IMG/VR virus record: IMGVR_UViG_3300045988_128735
From: a virus
Strand: one strand, 5' to 3'
Length of the DNA stretch: 45,722 bases
Part shown: positions 1-8,802 of the stretch, in pieces
How positions within the stretch are numbered: the stretch's first letter is position 1
Layout: each line of letters begins with the position of its first letter
Made by a program: the position numbers and the translations under genes
Notes under the pieces: model-generated
What the model saw: only the letters and a program-made list of their open reading frames with translations
What the model was told of the DNA's origin: nothing
The model's database searches: none

Positions 1-99
1 TCTTGTCATCCCGACAGTTAAGGGGTTAAGATGCTGAAATTCAGTATTTTAACCCTTTGTCGCTTTAATACACTCGGCGAAAGTTCGGCGTGTTAAAAA
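1..99. repeat. Terminal direct repeat, left copy (identical to 45624..45722)
   Basis: Manual comparison: 'tcttgtcatcccgacagttaagggg...ggcgtgttaaaaa' occurs at both window ends with no mismatch over 99 bp. Confidence 0.95.
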
Positions 100-135
100 A
101 GCTTCAAAAATTATTTGTTTAACTTAGTCCTCGAC

Positions 136-1326
136 ATGTGTAAAAATGTAGAGGACAAAAAAATGTGCCCAAACAGATCAGTTATAAATCAGCTCAAGGG
201 CTGGACTCCGCCTGTTTTTCATCAGGCGTCGGAGTGTTATGTGTCTTTCACTGCCTTTAATCCGGCTACCGGCAAGATGAAGATCAAGAAGATTATGCTT
301 GGTCGTTTCAAGAACAAGCGCCTACAGCGTGAGAAGGCTATGCAGTTGATGCAGGCGTTGACAGAGAAATTGTTAGGAGGCTGGAACCCATGGATTGAGA
401 GCTCCACTTCTGCTGAATACGCCCTATTTGATGATGTGTGCATGAAGTACGAAGAATGGCTTGCTAAGATGGTGAAAGAGAATGGGTATCGCATGGAGAC
501 TGTAGCAAGCTATATGAGCTACATGAAAATACTAAAAGACTGGATAGCTGACAAGAACGTAAACTACATCTATCAGTTCGATCGTCGCATTGTCAGCAAA
601 TTTCTTGACTACGTATTTGTTGAGCGTAACAACACACTTCAGACTCGCAATAACTATTTGGCGTGGCTGAAGACATTCTCAACATGGCTACTCCAGAGAA
701 TGTACGTACCGAAGAACCCGACTGACGGTTTTCAGTCTGTAATGCGTTACTCACATCACAAGAACCGAGACATCATAAGCGAAGATGACTTGGTGCGTCT
801 GCGTGAATATCTGGAAGTCAAGAGCCCCCACTACTTACTTGCGACATACATATTATATTATACGTTTCTACGACCGCACGAGATGTCAAGGATTAAGATC
901 GAGGATATCAAGGTGAAGAAACAGCTGATTTACGTACATGGAGAGAATGCAAAGAACCATAGTGACGCAGTGGTTACATTACCTAAAAAAATACTGCAGC
1001 TGATGATTGACCTGAGAATCTTCGATGCAGCAGGTAGCGACTATCTGTTCTCGAGAGACTTCAAGCCCGGAAGGGAGTATCGCTCAGAGAAATGCTTCAG
1101 AGACTACTGGCAGCGGGTGCTGCGTAAGGAACTGAAGCTCCCCGAGCGATACAAGTTCTACTCACTGAAGGATACCGGCATAACAAATATGTTACGCGGG
1201 CACGTTGATACCGTATCCGTGCGTGATCAGGCGCGACATTCGAGTATTGACATCACAAATATCTATGTACCTCACGACATAAAGCGGGCAAATGCTGCGC
1301 TGAAGGACTATGAGGATAGCTTTTAG
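136..1326 (+). CDS. Tyrosine recombinase / phage integrase
   Basis: The ORF track opens at a TTG at 115; the first ATG is at 136 and another is at 163. C-terminal catalytic-domain signatures are present: 'LRPHEMSRIKIEDI' (box I Arg), 'KDTGITNML' and 'ARHSSIDITNIY' (His/Arg...Tyr). The N-terminus resembles a SAM-like or arm-binding region. It lies next to the genome junction and the repressor. Confidence 0.85.
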   Translation: MCKNVEDKKMCPNRSVINQLKGWTPPVFHQASECYVSFTAFNPATGKMKIKKIMLGRFKNKRLQREKAMQLMQALTEKLLGGWNPWIESSTSAEYALFDDVCMKYEEWLAKMVKENGYRMETVASYMSYMKILKDWIADKNVNYIYQFDRRIVSKFLDYVFVERNNTLQTRNNYLAWLKTFSTWLLQRMYVPKNPTDGFQSVMRYSHHKNRDIISEDDLVRLREYLEVKSPHYLLATYILYYTFLRPHEMSRIKIEDIKVKKQLIYVHGENAKNHSDAVVTLPKKILQLMIDLRIFDAAGSDYLFSRDFKPGREYRSEKCFRDYWQRVLRKELKLPERYKFYSLKDTGITNMLRGHVDTVSVRDQARHSSIDITNIYVPHDIKRANAALKDYEDSF

Positions 1327-3273
1327 CTATTTCAGAGGATAGAATGTGCCCTCGATGATGTCTGAGAGTCTACCGCCAACAACATCGTATTTGAGTTGTT
1401 GGCAGTAGAACTTTCGTCCGGAGATGTTGAAAATGTGCCGGGCATCACGTCGTTGCAGCGAACGGAAGCGGATAGTGTATACAGTCGTGAGATCGAGTTC
1501 TTGCGGAATCTGCCAGTGTGTGACATACATGCCAGTCGTGGAGTTGATAGAGAGGTCATAGTTACCATCTGCGTTGACGTACATGACACGCTGAAGTTCC
1601 CAATACTTATAACCTACAGACGGTTGGCCACTCGGACGTGACACCATCTGAAGACGACTGTTTATAGTAACCGGCACAACCGGGTATTTATCATCCTTTG
1701 TCTCACCGTTACATTCAAACTTGCTAACACCCATGTAGAAGCCAACATACATATTGTCTTTAGCAGAAGCTTCGGAGGTGCTGTTGTATAGCCGTTCTGC
1801 TATGCCCTTACCAGCATCTTCGTCAGTCTCAGTGCCAACATCACCATCGCCATTTTCAACTATTGGCATAGGGTACCAGTAATAATCATGAAGGGGTGAA
1901 AACACATTTTCGATTGGCACGAGTCGCAACTCCATCTTGTCGGAAGTGGTATCGTCCACCCTTGGCCCGAACTGATTAATCATAGTCAGGCGGGTGCAGT
2001 ACGAGACACCATCTTTAACACCCGTACCCTCTACAGAACGAACTATAAAGGGAAACTCCAAAGGAAGACCTATATATGTAAGGTCAGGATTGGGACGTTT
2101 GGTGTTATCGTAATACGCTACCATAGAATGATAGGCATCACGAACTGCTTGTGGCGGTTTGTTACCACTTGTATTGAACAAGTCTGTATCGCCACCAAAT
2201 ATCTGATACCACACATTATACAACTCACAGTATTTATCCATGTTGTCCGCCTCAGGCATGCAGGACTCATACGTAATGCGCTTCTCGAAATCAGGATCGA
2301 GAGCGTAGAACTTATAGATGTCAGTACTCGGGAACTTGTATGCCACGTTATGATAGACGAGATTATCCGGAGAATCCTGGTCGTACTGTTTGTTAATGTC
2401 GCCAATAACATCATTCTGTTTTATATGCTCAACAGCAGCACTCTTGTAATAGTCACGAACCGTCTGTATCTCTACAGATTTTGCCATATTATCAACGACG
2501 AAACAAACGCCACAAAGATTTTCAACCTCAGAAATAAAATCAGATACCGTCCAGTTCTCAACCATCTTATTATACTTTGTCGTCTTGTACCCATGTACGA
2601 GTATCAGACGACTAAGCTCAACATTAGCTGCAATAGCATCGTAGACTATTGTATAGCCAAGAGCTTTGAGCACACGTGTCACTACGGCGACAAGATAAGG
2701 CTGTGGACATATTGTAGTGCCACTCTTCAGATTGACCGTAGTGGCTTTTGCCACCTCATTCACCTCATTATATATAGTAGAGCTTGACCGTAATTCATTA
2801 CCAATACCGTTAGCAATCTTTGCTTTAGCCACCACAGGCGTACAAACGTAGTCAAATTCTGGATAATGACTGTACAAAGAACGCTCTGCAGTCTCTGTAG
2901 TAATAGTACCTGCATCACCAAGATCGAGGTCTCTCAGATAGCGGTCGCCACCTACGAGATAATTGAACTCTGAGTTGCCGGATACAATCTGAATCTTGGC
3001 GCTGCGTTCGTTAATCTCAAGGATAATCTCAGTACCCTTGATGATGACACCTCTCTCGCAATAGAGAATAGCCTGACGATTTTGTGGACGGCGAGTAACA
3101 TCGATGCGGTGCATGGCGTTATATACAACGGCATTAACCGGGTCTGCAAGCGAGATGTCAATATCAAGCGTGTGCTGACCTTCGGACGTGAAGAACGGGT
3201 TGCGGTCGTAGAACTCAAGGGAGATATCGGCAGCGAGATGCACCTCGCTGCCATCGATAAGCAATTTTATCAT
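1327..3273 (-). CDS. Hypothetical tail or baseplate protein (648 aa) downstream of the tape measure
   Basis: Long uninterrupted ORF whose start overlaps the tape-measure stop by 4 nt (3270-3273). The position suggests a distal tail or tail-tip protein. I recognise no motif. Confidence 0.5.
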   Translation of the reverse strand: MIKLLIDGSEVHLAADISLEFYDRNPFFTSEGQHTLDIDISLADPVNAVVYNAMHRIDVTRRPQNRQAILYCERGVIIKGTEIILEINERSAKIQIVSGNSEFNYLVGGDRYLRDLDLGDAGTITTETAERSLYSHYPEFDYVCTPVVAKAKIANGIGNELRSSSTIYNEVNEVAKATTVNLKSGTTICPQPYLVAVVTRVLKALGYTIVYDAIAANVELSRLILVHGYKTTKYNKMVENWTVSDFISEVENLCGVCFVVDNMAKSVEIQTVRDYYKSAAVEHIKQNDVIGDINKQYDQDSPDNLVYHNVAYKFPSTDIYKFYALDPDFEKRITYESCMPEADNMDKYCELYNVWYQIFGGDTDLFNTSGNKPPQAVRDAYHSMVAYYDNTKRPNPDLTYIGLPLEFPFIVRSVEGTGVKDGVSYCTRLTMINQFGPRVDDTTSDKMELRLVPIENVFSPLHDYYWYPMPIVENGDGDVGTETDEDAGKGIAERLYNSTSEASAKDNMYVGFYMGVSKFECNGETKDDKYPVVPVTINSRLQMVSRPSGQPSVGYKYWELQRVMYVNADGNYDLSINSTTGMYVTHWQIPQELDLTTVYTIRFRSLQRRDARHIFNISGRKFYCQQLKYDVVGGRLSDIIEGTFYPLK

Positions 3274-6200
3274 TTTCTTTTTCTGCTAACATTAGACTTC
3301 ATTTTGTCAACAAGTCGCTCAGCCTCTATTGTGCCGTGTTTGCCGGTCGCGTATGTTTCGGCCACGATAGGCGCAGCAAAACGACGATCGAGAGAGTTAA
3401 GCGAGCGTACCACGCGAGAGAGTACAGCTGTAAGGGCTGCATCAGTTGTTGGTTGTTGCACTTGACTATGCTGTACAAACGAGCCATGGGCACTGGACGT
3501 AGCGCCACCGAAATGACGCTGCTGTGGGATGACTGCAGCGATGTCGTCTGGAGATAGACGCGAAACGCTGCCAGAGCGCTGTGCCTCGTCGATGAGGTTA
3601 AGAACTGGGAGCACGTTAGGGTTGCCAGTAGCAAAGCGATTAGCAACAAACTCGTTGGAATGTACTATGCCTTGTGGTTTGTCCCATGGACCGTTCGGAG
3701 TGAAGCCGCCGACATCAAAACTGCCTACTGCAGCTTTGGCCATTTCAAAAGCCGCCTTGACAAGCGCTGTCTCTATCGCTGCTTTAGCGAGACCCGCAGG
3801 TCCGAGTGTACCCACATTTCTTGCTATGGATGCAGCTCGCGCTGTAATAACGACATTCTCAAGAGCATCTATCATAAGAGACAGCATGCCACGGAGGAAG
3901 TCTTTGAAATCGGCCTTCTCGCCCTGAAGAATCTTGCCAAGCTCTTCGCCAAGCTTCTGACCTGCAGAAACAATAACACTACACACGATATCGTTATACT
4001 TCTGCGCAAGCTCCTGCTTCTGCTTGAGCGCATCTTTGGTCTGTTCGATGTCGGCATCGTCAATTTGCTGCTGTATGGCCAGGCGTTGCTCACCGGTAAG
4101 CGCTGTGTCCTCAAGGAGTTTTTGCAAATACCCCTTCCAAGCCTCACTTCGCTCTGCTTGACTTTGCTCTTCGATATTGCCAGACTTGATATTAGCCTTA
4201 CGTTGCCACTCCATCAGTGTCTCAAATGTAGTCTTAGCGTCACTGATATAGCGGTCAGCAGATTCTTTATTGGCCTTATCAGTGTCTGTCGTATACCGTT
4301 CATTGAGTCTTTTTAAATCAGCCTGATATTGCTCCTCGCTGATGAGTTTCTTGTCATGAAGATTATTGAGAAGAGCGAGATCATGGTCATACTTCTGCTT
4401 GATGTTGTCAAGCTCATGAGCGAGCTGATCAGCTTCTGTGTCGCCGAACGACTGCTCAATCTCGCGAAGCTGGTCGTAAAGCTTAACCTTATAGTCAAGA
4501 ATCTTCTTTTCTATCTCGGCACGCTTCTTCGGCTCAAGTCCAGCAACCTCAAGTTTTTTGTTAAGCTCTTCGATTTCAAGGTCTTCAACCTTACGGTTAT
4601 AGTCTTCTTGTGTGGCAATAGAGCCATCGAGGTAAGTTTGTTTTGCCTGTGTGCGCTTGGTCTCATAGTCTGCAGTGATGGAGTCGAGTTCTTTCTGAAC
4701 GAGCTTTTGGCGTTCGACTTCAGGGTCAGACTTGGTGCTTTCGTGTGATGAAGAGTTGGTCTCACTATCCCCACCTGAGCCTGATTGAGTAGTGGATGTA
4801 CTGTTGGAATTGGAGTTAGCGGCATCTTTTTCGAGGTCGGAGCCGTAGACCTCGGTTATACCATTGCGCTCGGCGTAGAGTTTGCGAAGCTTTTCGTTAG
4901 AGTTGCTGACAGCCCGCTCCTCACTTAAAGTAGAAGTTGCGATACCGATACCAGCTTGCCAGGTGGTAGGCATATAGACAGCACTGTTGTTGGCCTTACG
5001 GCTGCGGTCTTGGGCCTTTTTAAGATCTTCGGTCGCTTTTCTGAGATTAACACGCTCCTTTGCAATCTCACTACCGATGCGCTTCAGCTCATCTTTGGCG
5101 CCTTCTAACTCATACTTACGCTGAAGCGACTGTAGATAACCATCGAGAGCCTTCTTGCTCGCCTTATATTTGCCGGTCGTGGTATCAAGTTGCGCATTGT
5201 AGTTGGGAATAATCTGATTGAGTTTGTTGACTGCCTTGCGTCTCTCATCCATGGAAAGTGTCTCGTCTTTGGCAGCATCAATGAGAGTGCGTATGTGCGT
5301 CTCTTCTTCAGCAGATTTGGCTGCAGCTTCCTTTTTTATATCATTGATTTTGTTTTGCGCTATCGCTGCATCATCAAGCTTCTGACGATATAGAACCAAT
5401 GCAGTGGTAACAGCTGTAATTACGGCGAGGAACGCACCGAGCGGATTGGCACCAATGACAATGTTGAGCATTTTTTGCAAGGCGACAGTCTTTGACATAG
5501 CACCATTGAGAACAGCATGACGAAGCATAATTGTCATAAGCCATTTGTCTTGAATAGCATGCCAAATCACGAGCATTTTTTCAGTAGCTACAGCACGTTT
5601 ATTCCACAAAACAGACAATTTAACGCCTGCTACGTAAGCGGCAACTGTAGCAGTAAGCGTAATGAGTGCCCTACGATGGGATATGACAAAATTAGTGATA
5701 GCACTTAGACTCTTAACTGCCAGTGAGCCCGTGCTAATACCCTGCTTAACAAGAGGCAGCAACTTCTCGCCAAGTTCAATAGACAAATCAAGGAACTGCT
5801 TTTTTGCCTTGTCAATGCCAGCCTGTACTGTGTTATTTTGCACATTAAACTCATCGAGCACACTACTACCTTCATTGTAGGCATTGAATGCAACAGTCTG
5901 TGCTTCTCTTACTTGATCAAGATGTGATGCGACAGACGAGAGAACACCGACAGCGCGTGTGCCCTCAAGTTTCATCTCAGAAAACAAAGGTGCCATCTTG
6001 TCGAAGCCACCAGAGGCTTGCATAGCTGAAAGGAATTTCATAAGAGCCTCGTTAGCATTTGTCTTAAGAAGCGTGGTAAACTCTTTGACATCCTCACCAG
6101 CGAGCGCAGCAAAGCGTGCTGGTTCTTGAAACATCTTGGTTATAAGCTGCGAGAACACGGTAGAAGCCGTAGCCTCCTCTTGCATATTCTGATCGAGCGC

Positions 6201-6998
6201 AGAGGCAAGACCCATGATTTGTGATTGAGTCATGCCAGCCTGTATAGCTACACCAGAAAGATCTGCAGTAAAATCTACTATATATCCAGCATTGGCGGAT
6301 GATGACTGTGCAAGGTCGTTGACCGCAGAACCAGTGGCAAGCATAGCACCGCGCAAGCCCTTCTTGTCATCCTCGCCGAACATGTGGGCAAGCTTTCCAA
6401 TCTTGTCAACGGCGCCCTCGCCGAGATCATCGCCAAGTGCTACGTTGATTTTATCAGCGCCATCAACGAACTCCTCAATCATCTCCTTATTTGTGATGCC
6501 GAGACGACCCGCTGCACCCGCAAGAGCGTTAAGTTGTTCACGAGAGGTTCGCGTATCCATTTGCTTGAAGTCTTCATTCATATCGTGAACCTGAGCAGAG
6601 GTCTGTCCGGTGTACTTCTGTACGTCAGCCATAGCCTCCTCCATGTCTGCATAGTCATTAACGCATTGGCGAATTGTGGTGGTAATGCCGCCAAGCGCAT
6701 CAATGCCGGTCTGAAGAGAATAATACCACTTATTGAAAAAATCGGCCATACCACCAAGTTTGTCACCGAGAGTCTCAGACTCTTCTGCAACACCACGCAC
6801 AGCCTTTTTGTGTTCAGCAAGAATGGAATTAAGCTCAGCAATACTCTTGACCGTCTTGTTGTATTCCTCCGTACCAATAGTCATCTTCTTCACGTCACGC
6901 GTAAGCTCGCGAACTTTCTTTTGGATAGCAGGGATGCTATTGTCTATTTTTGAACCGTCAATGTATACGGTAACGGTTCTGCTATAAGTTTTTGCCAT
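3270..6998 (-). CDS. Tail tape measure protein (1242 aa)
   Basis: The N-terminal core resembles the TP901-type tape-measure region ('MADVQKYTGQTS...NALAGAAGRLGITNKEMIEEFVDGADKINVALGDDLGEGAVDKIGKLAHMFG'). It also has internal TM-like hydrophobic segments, a long coiled-coil-like K/E-rich middle, and the expected size. Confidence 0.88.
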   Translation of the reverse strand: MAKTYSRTVTVYIDGSKIDNSIPAIQKKVRELTRDVKKMTIGTEEYNKTVKSIAELNSILAEHKKAVRGVAEESETLGDKLGGMADFFNKWYYSLQTGIDALGGITTTIRQCVNDYADMEEAMADVQKYTGQTSAQVHDMNEDFKQMDTRTSREQLNALAGAAGRLGITNKEMIEEFVDGADKINVALGDDLGEGAVDKIGKLAHMFGEDDKKGLRGAMLATGSAVNDLAQSSSANAGYIVDFTADLSGVAIQAGMTQSQIMGLASALDQNMQEEATASTVFSQLITKMFQEPARFAALAGEDVKEFTTLLKTNANEALMKFLSAMQASGGFDKMAPLFSEMKLEGTRAVGVLSSVASHLDQVREAQTVAFNAYNEGSSVLDEFNVQNNTVQAGIDKAKKQFLDLSIELGEKLLPLVKQGISTGSLAVKSLSAITNFVISHRRALITLTATVAAYVAGVKLSVLWNKRAVATEKMLVIWHAIQDKWLMTIMLRHAVLNGAMSKTVALQKMLNIVIGANPLGAFLAVITAVTTALVLYRQKLDDAAIAQNKINDIKKEAAAKSAEEETHIRTLIDAAKDETLSMDERRKAVNKLNQIIPNYNAQLDTTTGKYKASKKALDGYLQSLQRKYELEGAKDELKRIGSEIAKERVNLRKATEDLKKAQDRSRKANNSAVYMPTTWQAGIGIATSTLSEERAVSNSNEKLRKLYAERNGITEVYGSDLEKDAANSNSNSTSTTQSGSGGDSETNSSSHESTKSDPEVERQKLVQKELDSITADYETKRTQAKQTYLDGSIATQEDYNRKVEDLEIEELNKKLEVAGLEPKKRAEIEKKILDYKVKLYDQLREIEQSFGDTEADQLAHELDNIKQKYDHDLALLNNLHDKKLISEEQYQADLKRLNERYTTDTDKANKESADRYISDAKTTFETLMEWQRKANIKSGNIEEQSQAERSEAWKGYLQKLLEDTALTGEQRLAIQQQIDDADIEQTKDALKQKQELAQKYNDIVCSVIVSAGQKLGEELGKILQGEKADFKDFLRGMLSLMIDALENVVITARAASIARNVGTLGPAGLAKAAIETALVKAAFEMAKAAVGSFDVGGFTPNGPWDKPQGIVHSNEFVANRFATGNPNVLPVLNLIDEAQRSGSVSRLSPDDIAAVIPQQRHFGGATSSAHGSFVQHSQVQQPTTDAALTAVLSRVVRSLNSLDRRFAAPIVAETYATGKHGTIEAERLVDKMKSNVSRKRK

Positions 6999-7020
6999 AT
7001 AATTTCAATGTTTAACACGG

Positions 7021-7028
7021 CAAATATA
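7021..7028 (-). promoter_or_regulatory. Candidate Bacteroidota-type -7 box (TATATTTG) for the tape-measure operon
   Basis: Plus-strand 'caaatata' is TAnnTTTG on the minus strand, 22 nt upstream of the ATG at 6998 and inside a 144-bp intergenic gap. Confidence 0.5.
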
Positions 7029-7100
7029 GCGCATTAAAACAGTGTGACAAAGGACGTGTTTTTTACTATACAAAAACTTGCGCATGTCACAGATTTTTAG

Positions 7101-7108
7101 TAACTTTA
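7101..7108 (+). promoter_or_regulatory. Near-consensus -7 box (TAACTTTA) for the plus-strand gene 7143..7529
   Basis: 'ttagtaacttta'. The 11-mer 'ttagtaacttt' recurs at 27093-27103 in front of the other internal plus-strand element. Confidence 0.35.
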
Positions 7109-7142
7109 CATCAAGAATAAATAACTAAAGAACATAATAAAT

Positions 7143-7529
7143 ATGTATCACCTAACACCCATACAAGCAATGTTTTTAGTAGCGTTTCTTGCCATATTAT
7201 TTATGGTAAGAGGCACAAAACGAGGTGGCAAGAAGCTCATGGATAGAATGGAAGACACTAACCCTGAGTTAAAGTCGGCGAAAGAATGGGGTTACACATC
7301 TATATATTATTGGGAGATGAAAAGGCACGATATGATGTTTCGTGACGGACAATGGTTACCAATGTATATAGAAAATGATTTAAAGAATCCTTATCTCATA
7401 GAACAAATGCGCAAGAAAGACCTTGTGCTTGACAGATATAACCACTGGGTTTTTACGGGAAAGACACTTGAGAAACTCAGGAATTTGAAGGCTTTGTATT
7501 GGCAGCAACCAATCAAAAGAAATAAATAG
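7143..7529 (+). CDS. Hypothetical membrane-anchored protein, opposite-strand moron-like gene
   Basis: 128-aa ORF with an N-terminal hydrophobic helix ('AMFLVAFLAILFMV'). It is the only plus-strand gene inside the late region and is followed by a bidirectional terminator. Confidence 0.6.
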   Translation: MYHLTPIQAMFLVAFLAILFMVRGTKRGGKKLMDRMEDTNPELKSAKEWGYTSIYYWEMKRHDMMFRDGQWLPMYIENDLKNPYLIEQMRKKDLVLDRYNHWVFTGKTLEKLRNLKALYWQQPIKRNK

Positions 7530-7534
7530 AAAAA

Positions 7535-7565
7535 GGCAGAGAGCATGACATTGAAGCTCCCTGCC
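7535..7565. terminator. Bidirectional intrinsic terminator between convergent genes
   Basis: 'ggcagagagc'...'gctccctgcc' forms a roughly 10-bp stem with one mismatch. It is flanked by an A-run (7530-7534) and a T-run (7566-7572). Confidence 0.7.
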
Positions 7566-7570
7566 TTTTT

Positions 7571-8047
7571 TTAATGCTGTTTTTTGACAATTGTCACGCG
7601 GTCTATTTGTTCGAGCACGTCTTTGGCAGCTCGGTCGCCATAGTATTCGGCGGCGATGTCTGCAAGGCCCTGCATCTGCTGTTCGACGTTCTTGTCGAGC
7701 CAATCTACCGGTCTTCGGCGAATCGGACCAGGAGGAACGTGACGGTTCGGATTGTGCGAACCGCGCACAACTCTGCCATTGAGTCTGATGTAACCGTTAC
7801 CTACGCCATAGGCGACGAATACGCCGTAGCGGACGAACTTGAAGGCTACGGCGTGAGCCAAGCCATCGTCGTGAGCTTTGTTGACAGCAGCCTTCAGACG
7901 GCCTCTTAGGTCGCCACTATAGACCTGAGTCTCGGCTACCAATGTGCCAAGAGAGCGTGAGCGCACGGTGTCAGCCCACGCCTTGACCCGGTCGTTGAAC
8001 TCACCGGCTGACATCTGCTGCGGATCGCTGTTGCCTTGTGCTGCCAT
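7571..8047 (-). CDS. Hypothetical protein (158 aa), possibly a tail-completion or neck-type protein
   Basis: ORF only. It is tightly packed behind the amidase gene (5-nt gap). The functional guess is weak. Confidence 0.4.
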   Translation of the reverse strand: MAAQGNSDPQQMSAGEFNDRVKAWADTVRSRSLGTLVAETQVYSGDLRGRLKAAVNKAHDDGLAHAVAFKFVRYGVFVAYGVGNGYIRLNGRVVRGSHNPNRHVPPGPIRRRPVDWLDKNVEQQMQGLADIAAEYYGDRAAKDVLEQIDRVTIVKKQH

Positions 8048-8052
8048 AAGCC

Positions 8053-8493
8053 CTACAGTTTAGAAATGTCGGCATATTCGGTAGTTGCATCAAACGACGG
8101 GCAAGCTTTAGCCGCGAAGTCACGATGACCACGTATGACAGCATTTGGAAACCGTCTCTTCAGACGCATAAGAAGATTAACGAGTGCGTCACGCTGCTGT
8201 GGTGTTCGCGTGTCTTTAGGATTGCCATCCTTGCCCACGCCACCGACATAGCACACGCCTATGGAGTTTGCATTATGACCTTTGCAGTGAGCGCCCACCT
8301 TATATATTGAGCGACCGGTATGCACGGTACCGTCACGATATATTACGTAGTGATAGCCAATACAGTCAAATCCGCGTTGACGGTGCCAGCTGTCTATTGT
8401 GCTGACCGTATAATTGCGACCCTCGATAGTGGCTGTGCAGTGAATGATGATGAGATTGATTTTGCGCATAACATTATAAATTAGTTCATGCAA
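8053..8493 (-). CDS. N-acetylmuramoyl-L-alanine amidase (amidase_2 / PGRP-type endolysin)
   Basis: Motifs 'IIIHCTAT', 'GYHYVIYRDGTVHTGR', 'GAHCKGHNANSIGVCYVGG' and 'RGHRDF..KACPSFD' are typical of T7-lysozyme-like zinc amidases. Confidence 0.9.
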   Translation of the reverse strand: MHELIYNVMRKINLIIIHCTATIEGRNYTVSTIDSWHRQRGFDCIGYHYVIYRDGTVHTGRSIYKVGAHCKGHNANSIGVCYVGGVGKDGNPKDTRTPQQRDALVNLLMRLKRRFPNAVIRGHRDFAAKACPSFDATTEYADISKL

Positions 8494-8526
8494 ATATACC
8501 CCATAAAGCAGACCTGCAGTCGGACA

Positions 8527-8802
8527 TCAATAAACCAGATAAGGCGAGAAGTCAAACGTCTCTGGATTGTAGTTAATCTCACCGAGATAGCACATGGCTA
8601 TGCGATGACATGTGCGCTTGATATCGTCAAGCGTCGGGCGGTGGAAGTATTCCACGCGGTGGTATTTCACCTCTATTTCGAATGTGTCTTCGATGATGTG
8701 CTCCATCCGGATAAATAACAGCCAGTCCCCGCTTGGAAGTTGCTGTATCGGAACCCACTTCCAGCTCGAGTTCTGGCATGAAGAATTGTTTGTGATTGCC
8801 AT
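8527..8802 (-). CDS. Hypothetical protein (91 aa) overlapping the 3' tail of the RT ORF
   Basis: The composition looks protein-like, whereas the overlapping last ~60 aa of the RT frame are R/P/G-rich and look non-functional. Confidence 0.45.
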   Translation of the reverse strand: MAITNNSSCQNSSWKWVPIQQLPSGDWLLFIRMEHIIEDTFEIEVKYHRVEYFHRPTLDDIKRTCHRIAMCYLGEINYNPETFDFSPYLVY

